Source: an uncultured Acidobacteriaceae bacterium (GTDB lineage: Bacteria; Acidobacteriota; Terriglobia; Terriglobales; Acidobacteriaceae). From it: DNA of 64,000 nucleotides. This document shows positions 1 to 9,370 of the stretch, one piece after another. Below the pieces are notes generated by a model. It was not told the DNA's origin. It saw only the letters and a list, made by a program, of their open reading frames with translations, and did not search any database. Within the stretch, counting starts at the first letter, position 1. Each line of letters begins with the position of its first letter. The translations under genes and the position numbers were made by a program. The DNA lies in NCBI GenBank assembly GCA_963838315.1, contig CAWIQW010000021.1, positions 72,561-136,560 on the forward strand, read 5' to 3'.

Positions 1-617
1 TCGGGCAACGCTATCGGGCCATCCCGGAGCTTCGCAGTGCGCCTCAGCACCGTTTTCTAGCAGCGGCCTGTAGTGGTGCAGTTTGAACCGGCTTTGAAAG
101 GGCACAGGCTTCAGTCGCGCGACAATCCTCGCATTTTTCATTGCGGCATTGAGCCGGGAGCAGGGGCCTCTGGCGGTGAGCTGACTCTGAATTCAGAAAA
201 ATGAGGGGGGTACCCCCCCCCCTACCCAAAATGAGTTAAGTAATTGATAATAAGATGTTTACAGGCAAAGTATTCAAAAGATTGGACTTAGCCTCGAATT
301 TCGTTGTTTGGCGTGCACCTGTGAGGCGGAACCGGGTCCATAAGTTGTCAAATAACGAAGAAAAGTTTGTGACCGGAACTGGCTTTGCCTCTGGAGACGG
401 ATGCAGTTTTTCATGGTCTACGGTCGATCCATCTTATCGGCGATGGTGGTGTAAGTCTGTGATGAGCGTGCGGGAAAAATGTGATGAAAAAAGTTGGGGA
501 CTCAGCGAAACTTGCGGAGTATGTCTATGGCAATTTTCAACCCGCGCCACTTACCCCACGGCCAAAAAGTTTGCCGACTAGCGGTTTTCCGTTAAAATGC
601 GGCGATTGTAAACGCGC

Positions 618-1865
618 TTGACCGGAGACTGCGTGACTTCGCCCCGCCCCCCCGAACCTTTCCTTGATTCCCAGCAGTGGCACGCGGTGAGCGCCGCCTT
701 TCTGGGCTGGACGCTGGATGCGTTCGACTTCTTCGTTGCCATTTTTCTGGTGGGCACGCTTGCGACGCAGTTTCACGTGACGGCGGCGAAAATTATCTTT
801 ACCACGGCGGCCACGCTCGCCATGCGTCCGGCCGGGGCCGTGATTTTTGGGATGTTAGCGGACCGCTACGGGCGGCGCGGACCGCTGATGGCTAATGTGG
901 TCTTCTTTTCGGTGGTCGAGCTGCTGTGCGGGTTCTCGCCGAATTACGCAGTCTTTCTGATTTTGCGGACCATCTACGGAATTGGCATGGGCGGCGAGTG
1001 GGGCGTAGGCGCGTCGCTCGCAATGGAGAGCATTCCTCCGAAGAGGCGAGGGCTGATCTCGGGCATCATCCAGTCGGGGTATTCCTGCGGCTACATACTG
1101 GCGGCGCTCGCCACAAAATTTGTGCTGCCGTTCTGGGGATGGCGGGCGATGTTCTGGGTTGGCGGATTGCCTGCCCTGCTCGCGTTTTATATCCGCTGGA
1201 AGGTGAAAGAATCGGAGGCGTGGAAGCAGCACCGGGTCCCGGAATTCAAGTCAATTCTGAAAGCGGCGGCAGCCAACTGGAAATTATTCCTATACATGAT
1301 CGGGCTGATGGCGCTGATGAATTTTCTGTCGCACGGCACGCAGGATCTCTACCCGCATTTTCTGCAATCCGTCCACGGGTTCTCGACCTCGACGGTGGCC
1401 AACATCGCCATCTTCTATAACGTGGGAGCTTTGGTCGGGGCGCTGTTCTTCGGGCGGCTATCCGAACCTCTGGGACGTCGTCGAACTCTGGTGCTGGCAG
1501 CCGCGCTGGCATTATGTGTGATTCCGCTCTGGGCGTTCTCCAGCCGGTTGATCGCGTTGGCGCTGGGAGCATTCCTCATCCAGGTGGGAGTGCAGGGGGC
1601 TTGGGGAATCATTCCCGCGCATTTGAACGAACTGTCTCCGGCGGCGGTGCGCGGGCTGATTCCGGGCCTGGCGTATCAATTGGGAAACTTTGTGGCGTCG
1701 CCCGTCAACACGATCGAATACGCGCTGCGCGACCGCTGGGGCTATTCCTGGGCGCTGGCCGGGTTTGAGATCGCAGTTATCACGGCGCTCGCATTGGTGG
1801 TGAGCCTGGGTCCTGAGAGTAAAGGCAAGCACTTCCTGAAGCAGGATGATGGAAGAAGCATATAG
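618..1865 (+). CDS. MFS transporter
   Basis: 415-aa ORF that is hydrophobic throughout. MFS loop motif GMLADRYGRRG follows the second helix. The TTG start at 618 is unverified. Confidence 0.8.
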   Translation: MTGDCVTSPRPPEPFLDSQQWHAVSAAFLGWTLDAFDFFVAIFLVGTLATQFHVTAAKIIFTTAATLAMRPAGAVIFGMLADRYGRRGPLMANVVFFSVVELLCGFSPNYAVFLILRTIYGIGMGGEWGVGASLAMESIPPKRRGLISGIIQSGYSCGYILAALATKFVLPFWGWRAMFWVGGLPALLAFYIRWKVKESEAWKQHRVPEFKSILKAAAANWKLFLYMIGLMALMNFLSHGTQDLYPHFLQSVHGFSTSTVANIAIFYNVGALVGALFFGRLSEPLGRRRTLVLAAALALCVIPLWAFSSRLIALALGAFLIQVGVQGAWGIIPAHLNELSPAAVRGLIPGLAYQLGNFVASPVNTIEYALRDRWGYSWALAGFEIAVITALALVVSLGPESKGKHFLKQDDGRSI

Positions 1866-1950
1866 GCCGAGGCCTGGGCACAGACCTTTGCAAAGTCCGC
1901 GGACCATTTCTCAAGACCTGCAGGCAAAGCGGAGCTTTCTCCGTAACTTG

Positions 1951-2079
1951 TCAAGCAACCTTGCCGTGATGTTCCTTGCCGGTGACTTTGCGTTGTTCCA
2001 GCACAACCGCTGCGCCGAGGAACACACCGATGAGACCGAAGACGGCAAGCGCGAGGAGCGCAACCATAAGGATGGGCAT
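1951..2079 (-). CDS. small single-pass membrane protein (42 aa), below the ORF-track cutoff
   Basis: ATG at 2079 is preceded by AGGAGG (2085..2090) with a 5-nt spacer. Translation: MPILMVALLALAVFGLIGVFLGAAVVLEQRKVTGKEHHGKVA*, one TM helix plus a basic tail. A small hairpin CGGAG-CUUU-CUCCG (1930..1943) lies just past the stop. Confidence 0.5.
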   Translation of the reverse strand: MPILMVALLALAVFGLIGVFLGAAVVLEQRKVTGKEHHGKVA

Positions 2080-2293
2080 AAATCCCTCCTGAGCGGCATT
2101 CTGAGGCTAGACGCACGCCCCAGCGGTGACGGCTGTCACGGCTTTTTGTGAGGTCCCAATTCCCGTTCCAGTTCCCCTAAGAATAAAGTTCTATGGATCA
2201 CGGGTCGGCGCAACGGGAAAGACTGTTAGAGTTAGGAAACTGCACACCGACGAGCCGGATGTGCACAATGAATCCAAGGAGAAGGGCTCGCAT

Positions 2294-3700
2294 ATGCGCA
2301 TCGCAGTGGTTGGTTCGGGATACGTAGGGCTGGTAACGGGAGCGTGTTTTGCCGATCTGGGGCACGAAGTTGTCCTGGTCGACATCGACGAAAAGAGGCT
2401 GGAGGCGCTGCGCACCGGCAAGGTTCCAATTCACGAAAATTTCCTGCCCGAGTTGCTGGCCCGGCACCTCGGAAAGCGCATTAAGTTTTCCGGAGATCTG
2501 CAGGCGGCTACGCGAGCGAGCGAGGCCATCTTCATCGCGGTAGGAACGCCTCCCACCGAAAGCGGCGATGCGGATATGTCGTACGTGGAATCGGTAGCTC
2601 GGGAGATCTCGGGCGCCATCGACGACTATAAAGTGGTGGTCGAGAAGAGCACGGTCCCGGTCTACACAAATGAGTGGATTCGGACGATCATCACGCGCAA
2701 CGGGGCAGATCCGGACATGTTCGACATTGCGTCGAACCCCGAGTTCCTGCGCGAAGGCACCGCGGTCACCGACTTTCTCTATCCCGACCGGATTGTGGTT
2801 GGGGTCGATAACGAGCGCGCGGCGGAAGTGATGCGCAAAGTTTACGGTCCCCTCACCAGCGGATGGTATTACGGCCGCGGCGAAGCGATTCCCCGGCCGG
2901 ACCGGGCACAGGTGCCACCGCGGCTGATCATCACCAGCGCGAAGAGCGCAGAGTTGATCAAGCACGCATCGAACGCATTTCTCGCCATGAAGATCTCATT
3001 CATTAATGCGGTCGCTTCCATCTGCGAAACCGTCGGGGCGAACGTGCAGCAAGTCTGCGACGGGATTGGAACGGATTCGCGCATCGGGCCGCGCTTCCTG
3101 AATCCGGGAATCGGCTATGGCGGATCGTGCTTCCCAAAGGATCTGCTGGCGTTTCGCGCGGTGGCGAAAGAGGGCGGATACGATTTTCGCCTGCTGGAAG
3201 AAGTGATTCGCATCAACGAGGAGCAGCGGCGACGCTTCCTGAAAAAGGTGCGCAGCGTTCTGTGGACTCTGCGTGGCAAGAGGCTGGGCGTGCTCGGACT
3301 GGCATTCAAGGGAGGGACCGACGACATCCGGGAATCGCCGGCGATCCTGCTGGTGGAGGAGTTACTCCGGGAAGGATGCCGGATTTGCGCTTACGATCCG
3401 GCCGCGATGGAGCACGCCAGAGAAGCGTTACCGGAAGGCGTAGAGTTCGCCCCGGATCCATACCAGGCAGCCAAGGGAGCCGACGCCGTACTGATTCTCA
3501 CCGAATGGGAAGAATTCGCGAACCTCGACCTGGAAAAATTGCGCGGCGTGGTGCGCTATCCGATTGTGCTCGATGGGCGAAACTTGTACGACCCGGCGGC
3601 CATGATTGCGCGGGGCTTTTCGTATTACAGCGTAGGACGCCCGCCCGCCCTGTGCGAGGAGACTCCGGCGGGACGCTCAGGGAAAAAGGAGCGCGCCTGA
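2294..3700 (+). CDS. ugd: UDP-glucose 6-dehydrogenase
   Basis: N-terminal Rossmann motif [14 protein letters not shown], catalytic GGSCFPKD, and the C-terminal UDP-binding domain. ATG 2294 follows AAGGAGAAGG. The upstream 56 codons of ORF 2126 look non-coding. Confidence 0.92.
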   Translation: MRIAVVGSGYVGLVTGACFADLGHEVVLVDIDEKRLEALRTGKVPIHENFLPELLARHLGKRIKFSGDLQAATRASEAIFIAVGTPPTESGDADMSYVESVAREISGAIDDYKVVVEKSTVPVYTNEWIRTIITRNGADPDMFDIASNPEFLREGTAVTDFLYPDRIVVGVDNERAAEVMRKVYGPLTSGWYYGRGEAIPRPDRAQVPPRLIITSAKSAELIKHASNAFLAMKISFINAVASICETVGANVQQVCDGIGTDSRIGPRFLNPGIGYGGSCFPKDLLAFRAVAKEGGYDFRLLEEVIRINEEQRRRFLKKVRSVLWTLRGKRLGVLGLAFKGGTDDIRESPAILLVEELLREGCRICAYDPAAMEHAREALPEGVEFAPDPYQAAKGADAVLILTEWEEFANLDLEKLRGVVRYPIVLDGRNLYDPAAMIARGFSYYSVGRPPALCEETPAGRSGKKERA

Positions 3701-3704
3701 AACG

Positions 3705-4658
3705 ATGACGACGCGACGCGCTCTGGTAACCGGCGGTTCGGGCTTTCTCGGCTCGCATCTGTGCGACGGCCTGCTGGGGGAGGGGTACCGCGTTCTGGCG
3801 GCTGACAATCTGCTCACCGGCCGCCTCGAGAATATTGCCCATCTGCGAAACGACGCGCGCTTCGAGTTCATCGAGAAAGATGTTTGCGAGCCGGCTGAAT
3901 GGGGATCGCTCGACTACGTTTTTCACTTCGCCAGTCCAGCCAGCCCGGTCGATTACGCGAAGCATGGGATCGAAACCCTGCGGGTCGGTTCGTACGGAAC
4001 ATTTCAGGCACTTGAGGCGGCTCGCCGGGCGGGCGCGCGGTTCATGATGGCCTCGACCTCCGAGTGCTACGGGGACCCGCTCGTGCATCCGCAACCGGAG
4101 TCGTATTGGGGAAACGTGAATCCGATAGGACCGCGCTCGGTGTATGACGAAGCGAAGCGGTTCTCGGAGGCTGTGACTGCGGCGTTTCATCGCTATCACA
4201 ATGTGGATACGCGGATTCTGCGCATCTTCAACACCTATGGCCCGCGCATGCAGATTCAGGACGGCCGCGTGATTCCGAACTTCATGTGGCAGGCGCTTCG
4301 CGGAGAAGATTTGACCGTGTACGGCGACGGCAGCCAGACGCGTAGTTTCTGCTATGTGAGCGATGAAGTGGACGGGATTCTGCGCCTGGCCCGTGCGGAA
4401 GAACACGCGCCGACGAACATTGGAAATCCCACGGAGTTCACGATTCTGGAGTGCGCGCGCAAAGTGATTGCGGTGACCGGATCGCGGAGCCAGATCAAAT
4501 TTGAAGCCTTGCCGCAGGACGATCCGAGGCAGCGTCGTCCCGACATCAGCAAGGCAAAGCGGTTGCTGGGGTGGGAGCCAAAGATAGATCTGCAGACCGG
4601 GTTGGAGCTTTCCCTGGAATACTTTCGCGGGGCTGTGCTGGGAAAAAAGACGCCGTAG
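3705..4658 (+). CDS. uxs: UDP-glucuronate decarboxylase (UDP-xylose synthase), extended SDR
   Basis: [12 protein letters not shown] Rossmann motif, the YDEAKR catalytic Tyr-x3-Lys, and a UXS-like sequence throughout. It starts 5 nt after the ugd stop. Confidence 0.88.
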   Translation: MTTRRALVTGGSGFLGSHLCDGLLGEGYRVLAADNLLTGRLENIAHLRNDARFEFIEKDVCEPAEWGSLDYVFHFASPASPVDYAKHGIETLRVGSYGTFQALEAARRAGARFMMASTSECYGDPLVHPQPESYWGNVNPIGPRSVYDEAKRFSEAVTAAFHRYHNVDTRILRIFNTYGPRMQIQDGRVIPNFMWQALRGEDLTVYGDGSQTRSFCYVSDEVDGILRLARAEEHAPTNIGNPTEFTILECARKVIAVTGSRSQIKFEALPQDDPRQRRPDISKAKRLLGWEPKIDLQTGLELSLEYFRGAVLGKKTP

Positions 4659-4693
4659 CGCTCACCGGGTCTCCTGTTGCGCTGCGAGGCAGC

Positions 4694-5869
4694 TTAGCTG
4701 GATTGTTCGGCGTGGGTTCCGTCCGAAGAGACCAACGCCAGCAGCTTGAGAATTTCTTCGCGCTCCGCGGGGTCTCGGAAATTGAAGCGCACCCCCATAC
4801 CGAATCCCGGATGCGAACTCAGTACCTGTCCCTTGAGCCTGAATTTCATGTCGGCGGTGCGAATCACAATCTCAACCGCGGAACGCGCCGGAAATGGCGA
4901 CGGCATCTCGACGTAGCAACCGCCTTCACTGATGTCGGACAGCGAGCAGCGGTTCGGGATGCTGACTCCGGCGCAATAGACTTCCGCGCCTACCTTGCAG
5001 GGCAAGCGCTCTCCCTTGCGGCGGTTGTTGTCATTCGTTTCATCCGGACCGGCCGTGTCCGACTGCTCGGCAGGCTCTTTGGAGTGCTCTTCCAGGCTGA
5101 TGGGGGTGGTGATGATCTGGGTTTCCAACTCCAGCTCAGGCGCGGCGTGCCGCTCGGGTTCGCGCTCCCTGGACGGCTCCAGTTCGGCGTTTGGCGCCGG
5201 ACCATATTGCTCGAGCCAGCCTTGGATGAGGCGCTTGGAAGCCTGGGGCACGTCGATGAAGCGAACTCCGGTGCGACCAGAAAAATCCTGCCAGGCAACC
5301 TCGCCCGCCAGGCGAACCACCTGCTTCTGGCCGGGAAGGGCGAATTCGAAATAGACCTTGCGGGCATCGGGCAAGCCGTTGCGGGTAGTAATCAACGTCC
5401 CGTCCCTGCTGATGTCAACCATGGTGACGTTCACATCGGCAGCGCCTGCGTAGGAAACCTTGGCGGTGGAAATCACACCAGTTCGCGCAGAGCGGCGGCG
5501 TTCGCGGCGCATCAGGCTGCGGGCGGCGTGCAGGCTGAGCCGCGTGCGTTCCGAAGTGAGGGGCCTGTACAGCACGAAATTGGCGCCCAAGCCGAAGATG
5601 GGCCGCGGGTTATACTCGGCGTCCACCACGGCAATAAGCATGGTGGAGCGGTTTTTGAAGGAGCGGCACAAATGCCCGAGGAATTCCTCCGAGGCGGGGT
5701 CGCCGCGGTAGTCAATCACTACCGCATCAAACTGATGCTCGTCGAGGAGTTCCATTCCACGAGAGATGGAGGCCGTGTACTCCACTTCCATGCGCATCTC
5801 TGACAGGATTGCCTTCAACAGCTTGGCAGGCTCTTGATCCGGGCACACCAGGAGTATCTGCAGGTCCAT
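4694..5869 (-). CDS. response-regulator receiver fused to two PilZ domains
   Basis: REC-like N-terminus (MDLQILLVCPDQ..AVVIDY). Two PilZ signatures: RRERR...DISRDG and RKGER...DISEGG. ATG at 5869 is preferred over the TTG at 5905. Confidence 0.8.
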   Translation of the reverse strand: MDLQILLVCPDQEPAKLLKAILSEMRMEVEYTASISRGMELLDEHQFDAVVIDYRGDPASEEFLGHLCRSFKNRSTMLIAVVDAEYNPRPIFGLGANFVLYRPLTSERTRLSLHAARSLMRRERRRSARTGVISTAKVSYAGAADVNVTMVDISRDGTLITTRNGLPDARKVYFEFALPGQKQVVRLAGEVAWQDFSGRTGVRFIDVPQASKRLIQGWLEQYGPAPNAELEPSREREPERHAAPELELETQIITTPISLEEHSKEPAEQSDTAGPDETNDNNRRKGERLPCKVGAEVYCAGVSIPNRCSLSDISEGGCYVEMPSPFPARSAVEIVIRTADMKFRLKGQVLSSHPGFGMGVRFNFRDPAEREEILKLLALVSSDGTHAEQSS

Positions 5870-6044
5870 AATTGCGATCCTATGAGAGACGCGGAACCTC
5901 GACAAGTTACTGGCGTCACAACAAAACTTCGGTCATCTGGAGTACGTGAACAATCGCGGATAAGATTAAGGAGCGCTGAGAAATTGCCGGTCAGCGCGAC
6001 CGGCACGATCAGTTGTGACCGATTTTTGCCCTGAAAAGAGTGCC

Positions 6045-6443
6045 ATGAAAACTGCAAGCTGGCTGATCGGATTTGGATGCTGCGTTGCCCTGGTCGGCCT
6101 ATGCTTTCTGCCGGCAGCGTTTGGTTCCCACCCGGATTCCGCGATGCTTAGTGCGGGCGCGATGCTATTTTCCGCGGGAATGGTGATGGCGGCCGGCGGC
6201 TTCTATGTTAAAGCGCGCTATCTGTCGCCGGGCGGCGTGCCCGCTCCCAAAGCCACCAAGAAGGCCGCCAAGAAAGTCTGCAAGATGTGCAAGCGGGAAG
6301 CGGTGATTCAGTGCCGTCCACATCAGATGCCGTTGTGCGCAGACTGCCTGGGCAAACATTTCGACTTCCGCGCCTGCTGCTATATGCCCTTGGAACGGCC
6401 GGCCTCGGAGACAAAAGCGCGGTCGCAAACGACGGGCGCGTGA
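6045..6443 (+). CDS. membrane-anchored Cys-rich (B-box-like zinc finger) protein
   Basis: Two N-terminal TM helices, then CKMCKREAVIQCRPHQMPLCADCLGKHFDFRACC. ATG at 6045. Confidence 0.5.
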   Translation: MKTASWLIGFGCCVALVGLCFLPAAFGSHPDSAMLSAGAMLFSAGMVMAAGGFYVKARYLSPGGVPAPKATKKAAKKVCKMCKREAVIQCRPHQMPLCADCLGKHFDFRACCYMPLERPASETKARSQTTGA

Positions 6444-6591
6444 TCGCAGAAGCAGCTCTCAGTTGTCGGTTGTCATTTGTCAGCTCCCAGCTCTCAGGGC
6501 GGCGATTTCCCCCAGCCCGAAGAACGTCGCGCCCGCAATGGCAAATCCGGCGGTGTTATGCTGAATCACAATCACTGGAAAGAATTCCACT

Positions 6592-7827
6592 GTGCCGCGA
6601 ACAACCAACAACCCCTGGCTGGCTCTGCTGTTGTCTATCTCCGCCCTGGCATCGCTCTCCTTACTCCTGATCCCGGGATTCATAATCCGTCCCTTCCGGT
6701 ACCAGAGTAAGAACGCGCTGTCGCTCGCCATCGACGTGAAATGGATCGCACCATCTTTCACGCTGATCCTCTCCATTGTTGCGCTCCTGCTGGCGGTGCG
6801 ACTGTGGCGGAGATCCGGCATCGCGGTACGGATATTGACAGTGCTCGCGCTGCTCGTCACCCTCGGGTCCGCAGTCATGGTGCGGCAAAACTATTTCGAA
6901 TGGATGTTCCACCCGATCACCGCGGCCGGGTTCGTTTCCGTCGACAAGGCCCAACTCCCCGACCGAGAAATGCTGATGACGGTGCAAATCGGAAGCGATG
7001 CGCGCGCCTATCCCATCGCGCGGATGGCGTATCACCACATCCTGAATGACACGGTGGGAAAAGAACCGATCGTCGTCACGTATTGAACGCTCTGTCACAC
7101 CGGTCTGGTGTGGAAACGGGTTTCCGGCGGGCGGGAGTTGCACTTCTATCTGGCTGGGATCAACAACCAGAATTTCCTGATGCGCGATCGGGAGACGGGT
7201 TCGTGGTGGCAGCAGGTGACGGGGCGGGCAATTTCGGGACCGCTGGCGGGAAGCGCGCTTGAATTACAGGCCAACGACGAACTCACGTTCGGAATGTGGA
7301 AGGCGGAATCGCCCAATGGGCTGGTGCTGGCTCCGGTCGCAAATCACGAAAAAGACTATGACGAAGAGTGGGAAAAAGAAGTCGCGAAGCTCCCGGTGCC
7401 GCTGACGTTTCCGGGCCAGGGCTTGGGGGATCGCGACGTGGTGCTCGGGATCGCGCTGGCTGGGCAGGAGAGAGCGTATCCGCTGGCGCGAGTGCGCGGA
7501 GCCACTCCGATCGAAGATCGCGTCGGAGGCGTTCCCCTCGTGCTGGTCACTGGTCCGGATGGCGAGTCCGTTCGAATATTCCGCTCGCAATGGAACGGAA
7601 CCGAGATTGAACTTTATCGTGATACAGACAATCTCGATGCGGACCATCGCACGGCCAAGGGAGTTTCCTGGCAACTGGTCGATTCGCAGGGAAACACCTG
7701 GAATTTTGCGGGATGTGCAACCAGCGGCGCTGCCCAGGGACAGTGCCTGGAAAGGATCAACTACCTCAAAGATTACTGGTTCGACTGGAAGAACTATCAC
7801 CCGCAAACGACAGTCTACAGCCGCTGA
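6592..7827 (+). CDS. DUF3179-family membrane protein interrupted by a single in-frame TGA (7084..7086); candidate Sec codon or nonsense mutation
   Basis: ORFs 6592..7086 and 7108..7827 share a frame. Read-through gives PIVVTY-[TGA]-TLCHTGLVW...FLMRDRETGSWWQQVTGRAISGPLAG, which matches the DUF3179 core (YCPLC...D.eTgS.W.Q.tG.a..G.l.G) as I remember it. Confidence 0.6.
7096..7112 (+). other. SECIS-like hairpin CACACC-GGUCU-GGUGUG
   Basis: Perfect 6-bp stem. The loop starts 15 nt after the UGA and contains GGUC, as in the E. coli fdhF SECIS apical loop (from memory). Confidence 0.35.
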
Positions 7828-7848
7828 AGTGCGGGGACCATTCGCTGC

Positions 7849-8517
7849 CTAGCGAATGCTGAACCGAACACGCGCTTCGGAATCTGTGGGCACTCCGTTG
7901 CACAGCGCGGGACGGTAACGCCACTGGCGAACCGCGCGCAATACGGCTTCATCATCGCCGGAGCCGGCGCCATCCAGCACGAAGGCGCTGTGCACGAATC
8001 CGTCGGAGCCCACAATGAAACTGACGCGCACCAGCAGAGCCTGATCTTCAACCGGCAAGAGCGGGTCAGGAGTAAGCAGGGGTTCCGGTGGAACCACGCT
8101 GCCGCATTTGGGCAACGCCAGCGGTTCCGAAAATGGAGTGAACTCGGAGATGTGAGCGGGAACACGGCGCAGTCCGCTTTCCGCCTGCGGAAGCGAAGCG
8201 CGGCTGGGATTGACTCGCAACGGCTTTGCAGCCGAACACCAGGCAGCAACCCCGGCTAGCGACAGAAGCAACAGGAAGAGCACGAGCCTTCGATGCCCGT
8301 ATCCTCCGTTCGATCTTCCGCGGCTGGGGGAGTCCAAAGTTGGGTCCTTTTGTGTTCGGTCATAGACACCAGATCCCCTTTGCCTTGGCAATTTGACCGC
8401 CAGTTCTGTCAAGTTTGTAAGTGCTTGAACGCTATGACGGTTATTTCCGCTTCTAAACTTACGCCTGGATGGAGACTGCAATTGATTGCGAATGACCTGA
8501 AGGCGCGCGACATACAT
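7849..8517 (-). CDS. TonB C-terminal-domain protein
   Basis: C-terminus VSFIVGSDGFVHSAFVLDGAGSGDDEAVLRAVRQWRYRPALCNGVP...RVRFSI fits TonB_C. A hydrophobic anchor RRLVLFLLLLSLAG is present. The true start is probably internal (GTG near 8290). Confidence 0.6.
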   Translation of the reverse strand: MYVARLQVIRNQLQSPSRRKFRSGNNRHSVQALTNLTELAVKLPRQRGSGVYDRTQKDPTLDSPSRGRSNGGYGHRRLVLFLLLLSLAGVAAWCSAAKPLRVNPSRASLPQAESGLRRVPAHISEFTPFSEPLALPKCGSVVPPEPLLTPDPLLPVEDQALLVRVSFIVGSDGFVHSAFVLDGAGSGDDEAVLRAVRQWRYRPALCNGVPTDSEARVRFSIR

Positions 8518-8653
8518 CCCCCTCGCTTCGGGACTCGTGATCTATCCACATTGCTCTGTGAGCCACGTCACAGGGCGCGGGCAGTTCCGGGAGCAGAATT
8601 GAGTTGAATCTGGCGGTTGGCGGTGAGCGCAAAGGGATTTCTGGGAGGATGCA

Positions 8654-9328
8654 ATGTTTGAGCAAGAGATTGAAATGGAAAAACGGAATTCATCGATTGT
8701 TCCACTGCTTTTGATTGTGACTTTGATCGTCGCGATTGCCGGGGTATCACTTTACTTTGTGCTGGAGAGCCGGAAAGTGCTCACGAACGCGGAAGTGAGT
8801 CCAGTCCTGTTGGCCAGCATCGAGGGACAAACGCCGGTGACGCTGCATTTTGCGACCGGTTTGCTGAAAACCGAAGTGGATCAGAAGCCCCACGATCCCA
8901 ACTATCGGCTGTTGGAGAAGGAAGGTTATCTGAAGATCGGCAAGGACGTTAACTACAAAACTCCGGTGGCCCTCACTTCTAAAGGACAGGAGTGGTTGAC
9001 GGGAATTGTGGGAGTCAAGGAAGCGAAGAACAAAGACAACAACGACGAGTATACCGTGCCGGTCGCAGTGCGGAATCTGGCGGAGATCGGCAAGATCACC
9101 ATGTTGAGCCCATCGAAAGCGACTGTGGAGTACTCCTGGACGTGGAAGACGACGCCAGCCGGGGACCTGCTCGACGCTTCAGGCCCGGCGGTCAAGGGAT
9201 TCAATACCTGGGACAGGTCCACTTTGATCGACAAGTATGGAGCCAATTTTTATCATGCGGCTCCGACCAAAGTTGCCGTGCTGCTGGTGAAGGGCACGAA
9301 GGGCTGGGAGATCTCGAACGGCGACTAA
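8654..9328 (+). CDS. hypothetical membrane-anchored protein
   Basis: GGGAGGA lies 4 nt before ATG 8654. There is an N-terminal TM helix (IVPLLLIVTLIVAIAGVSLYFVL). I recognise no domain. Confidence 0.6.
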   Translation: MFEQEIEMEKRNSSIVPLLLIVTLIVAIAGVSLYFVLESRKVLTNAEVSPVLLASIEGQTPVTLHFATGLLKTEVDQKPHDPNYRLLEKEGYLKIGKDVNYKTPVALTSKGQEWLTGIVGVKEAKNKDNNDEYTVPVAVRNLAEIGKITMLSPSKATVEYSWTWKTTPAGDLLDASGPAVKGFNTWDRSTLIDKYGANFYHAAPTKVAVLLVKGTKGWEISNGD

Positions 9329-9370
9329 GTCAGCACCCTTATTAACGGGCGGACGGCAAAACAATCCCGG

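Noticed and set aside
255-581. 108-aa ORF in the AT-rich region
   Set aside because: It has no SD, its composition is odd (many Trp/Cys/Arg), and it lies in an atypically AT-rich stretch. It is kept only as an unexplained non-coding region.
2124-2150. GTGAC-ggct-GTCAC hairpin plus a T-run upstream of ugd as a terminator
   Set aside because: It has only 5 bp and lies 260 nt past the MFS stop. It is more likely part of the ugd or small-ORF promoter region.
2126-2293. 56-codon N-terminal extension of the ugd ORF
   Set aside because: The Rossmann motif starts right at the internal ATG 2294, which has a good SD. The extension has no homology-like features.
4571-5803. 410-aa plus-strand ORF overlapping the REC-PilZ-PilZ gene
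   Set aside because: It is antisense to a gene with clear domain signatures. Its product is an Arg/Gly/Ala-rich low-information sequence with no SD. This is a typical shadow ORF of GC-rich DNA.
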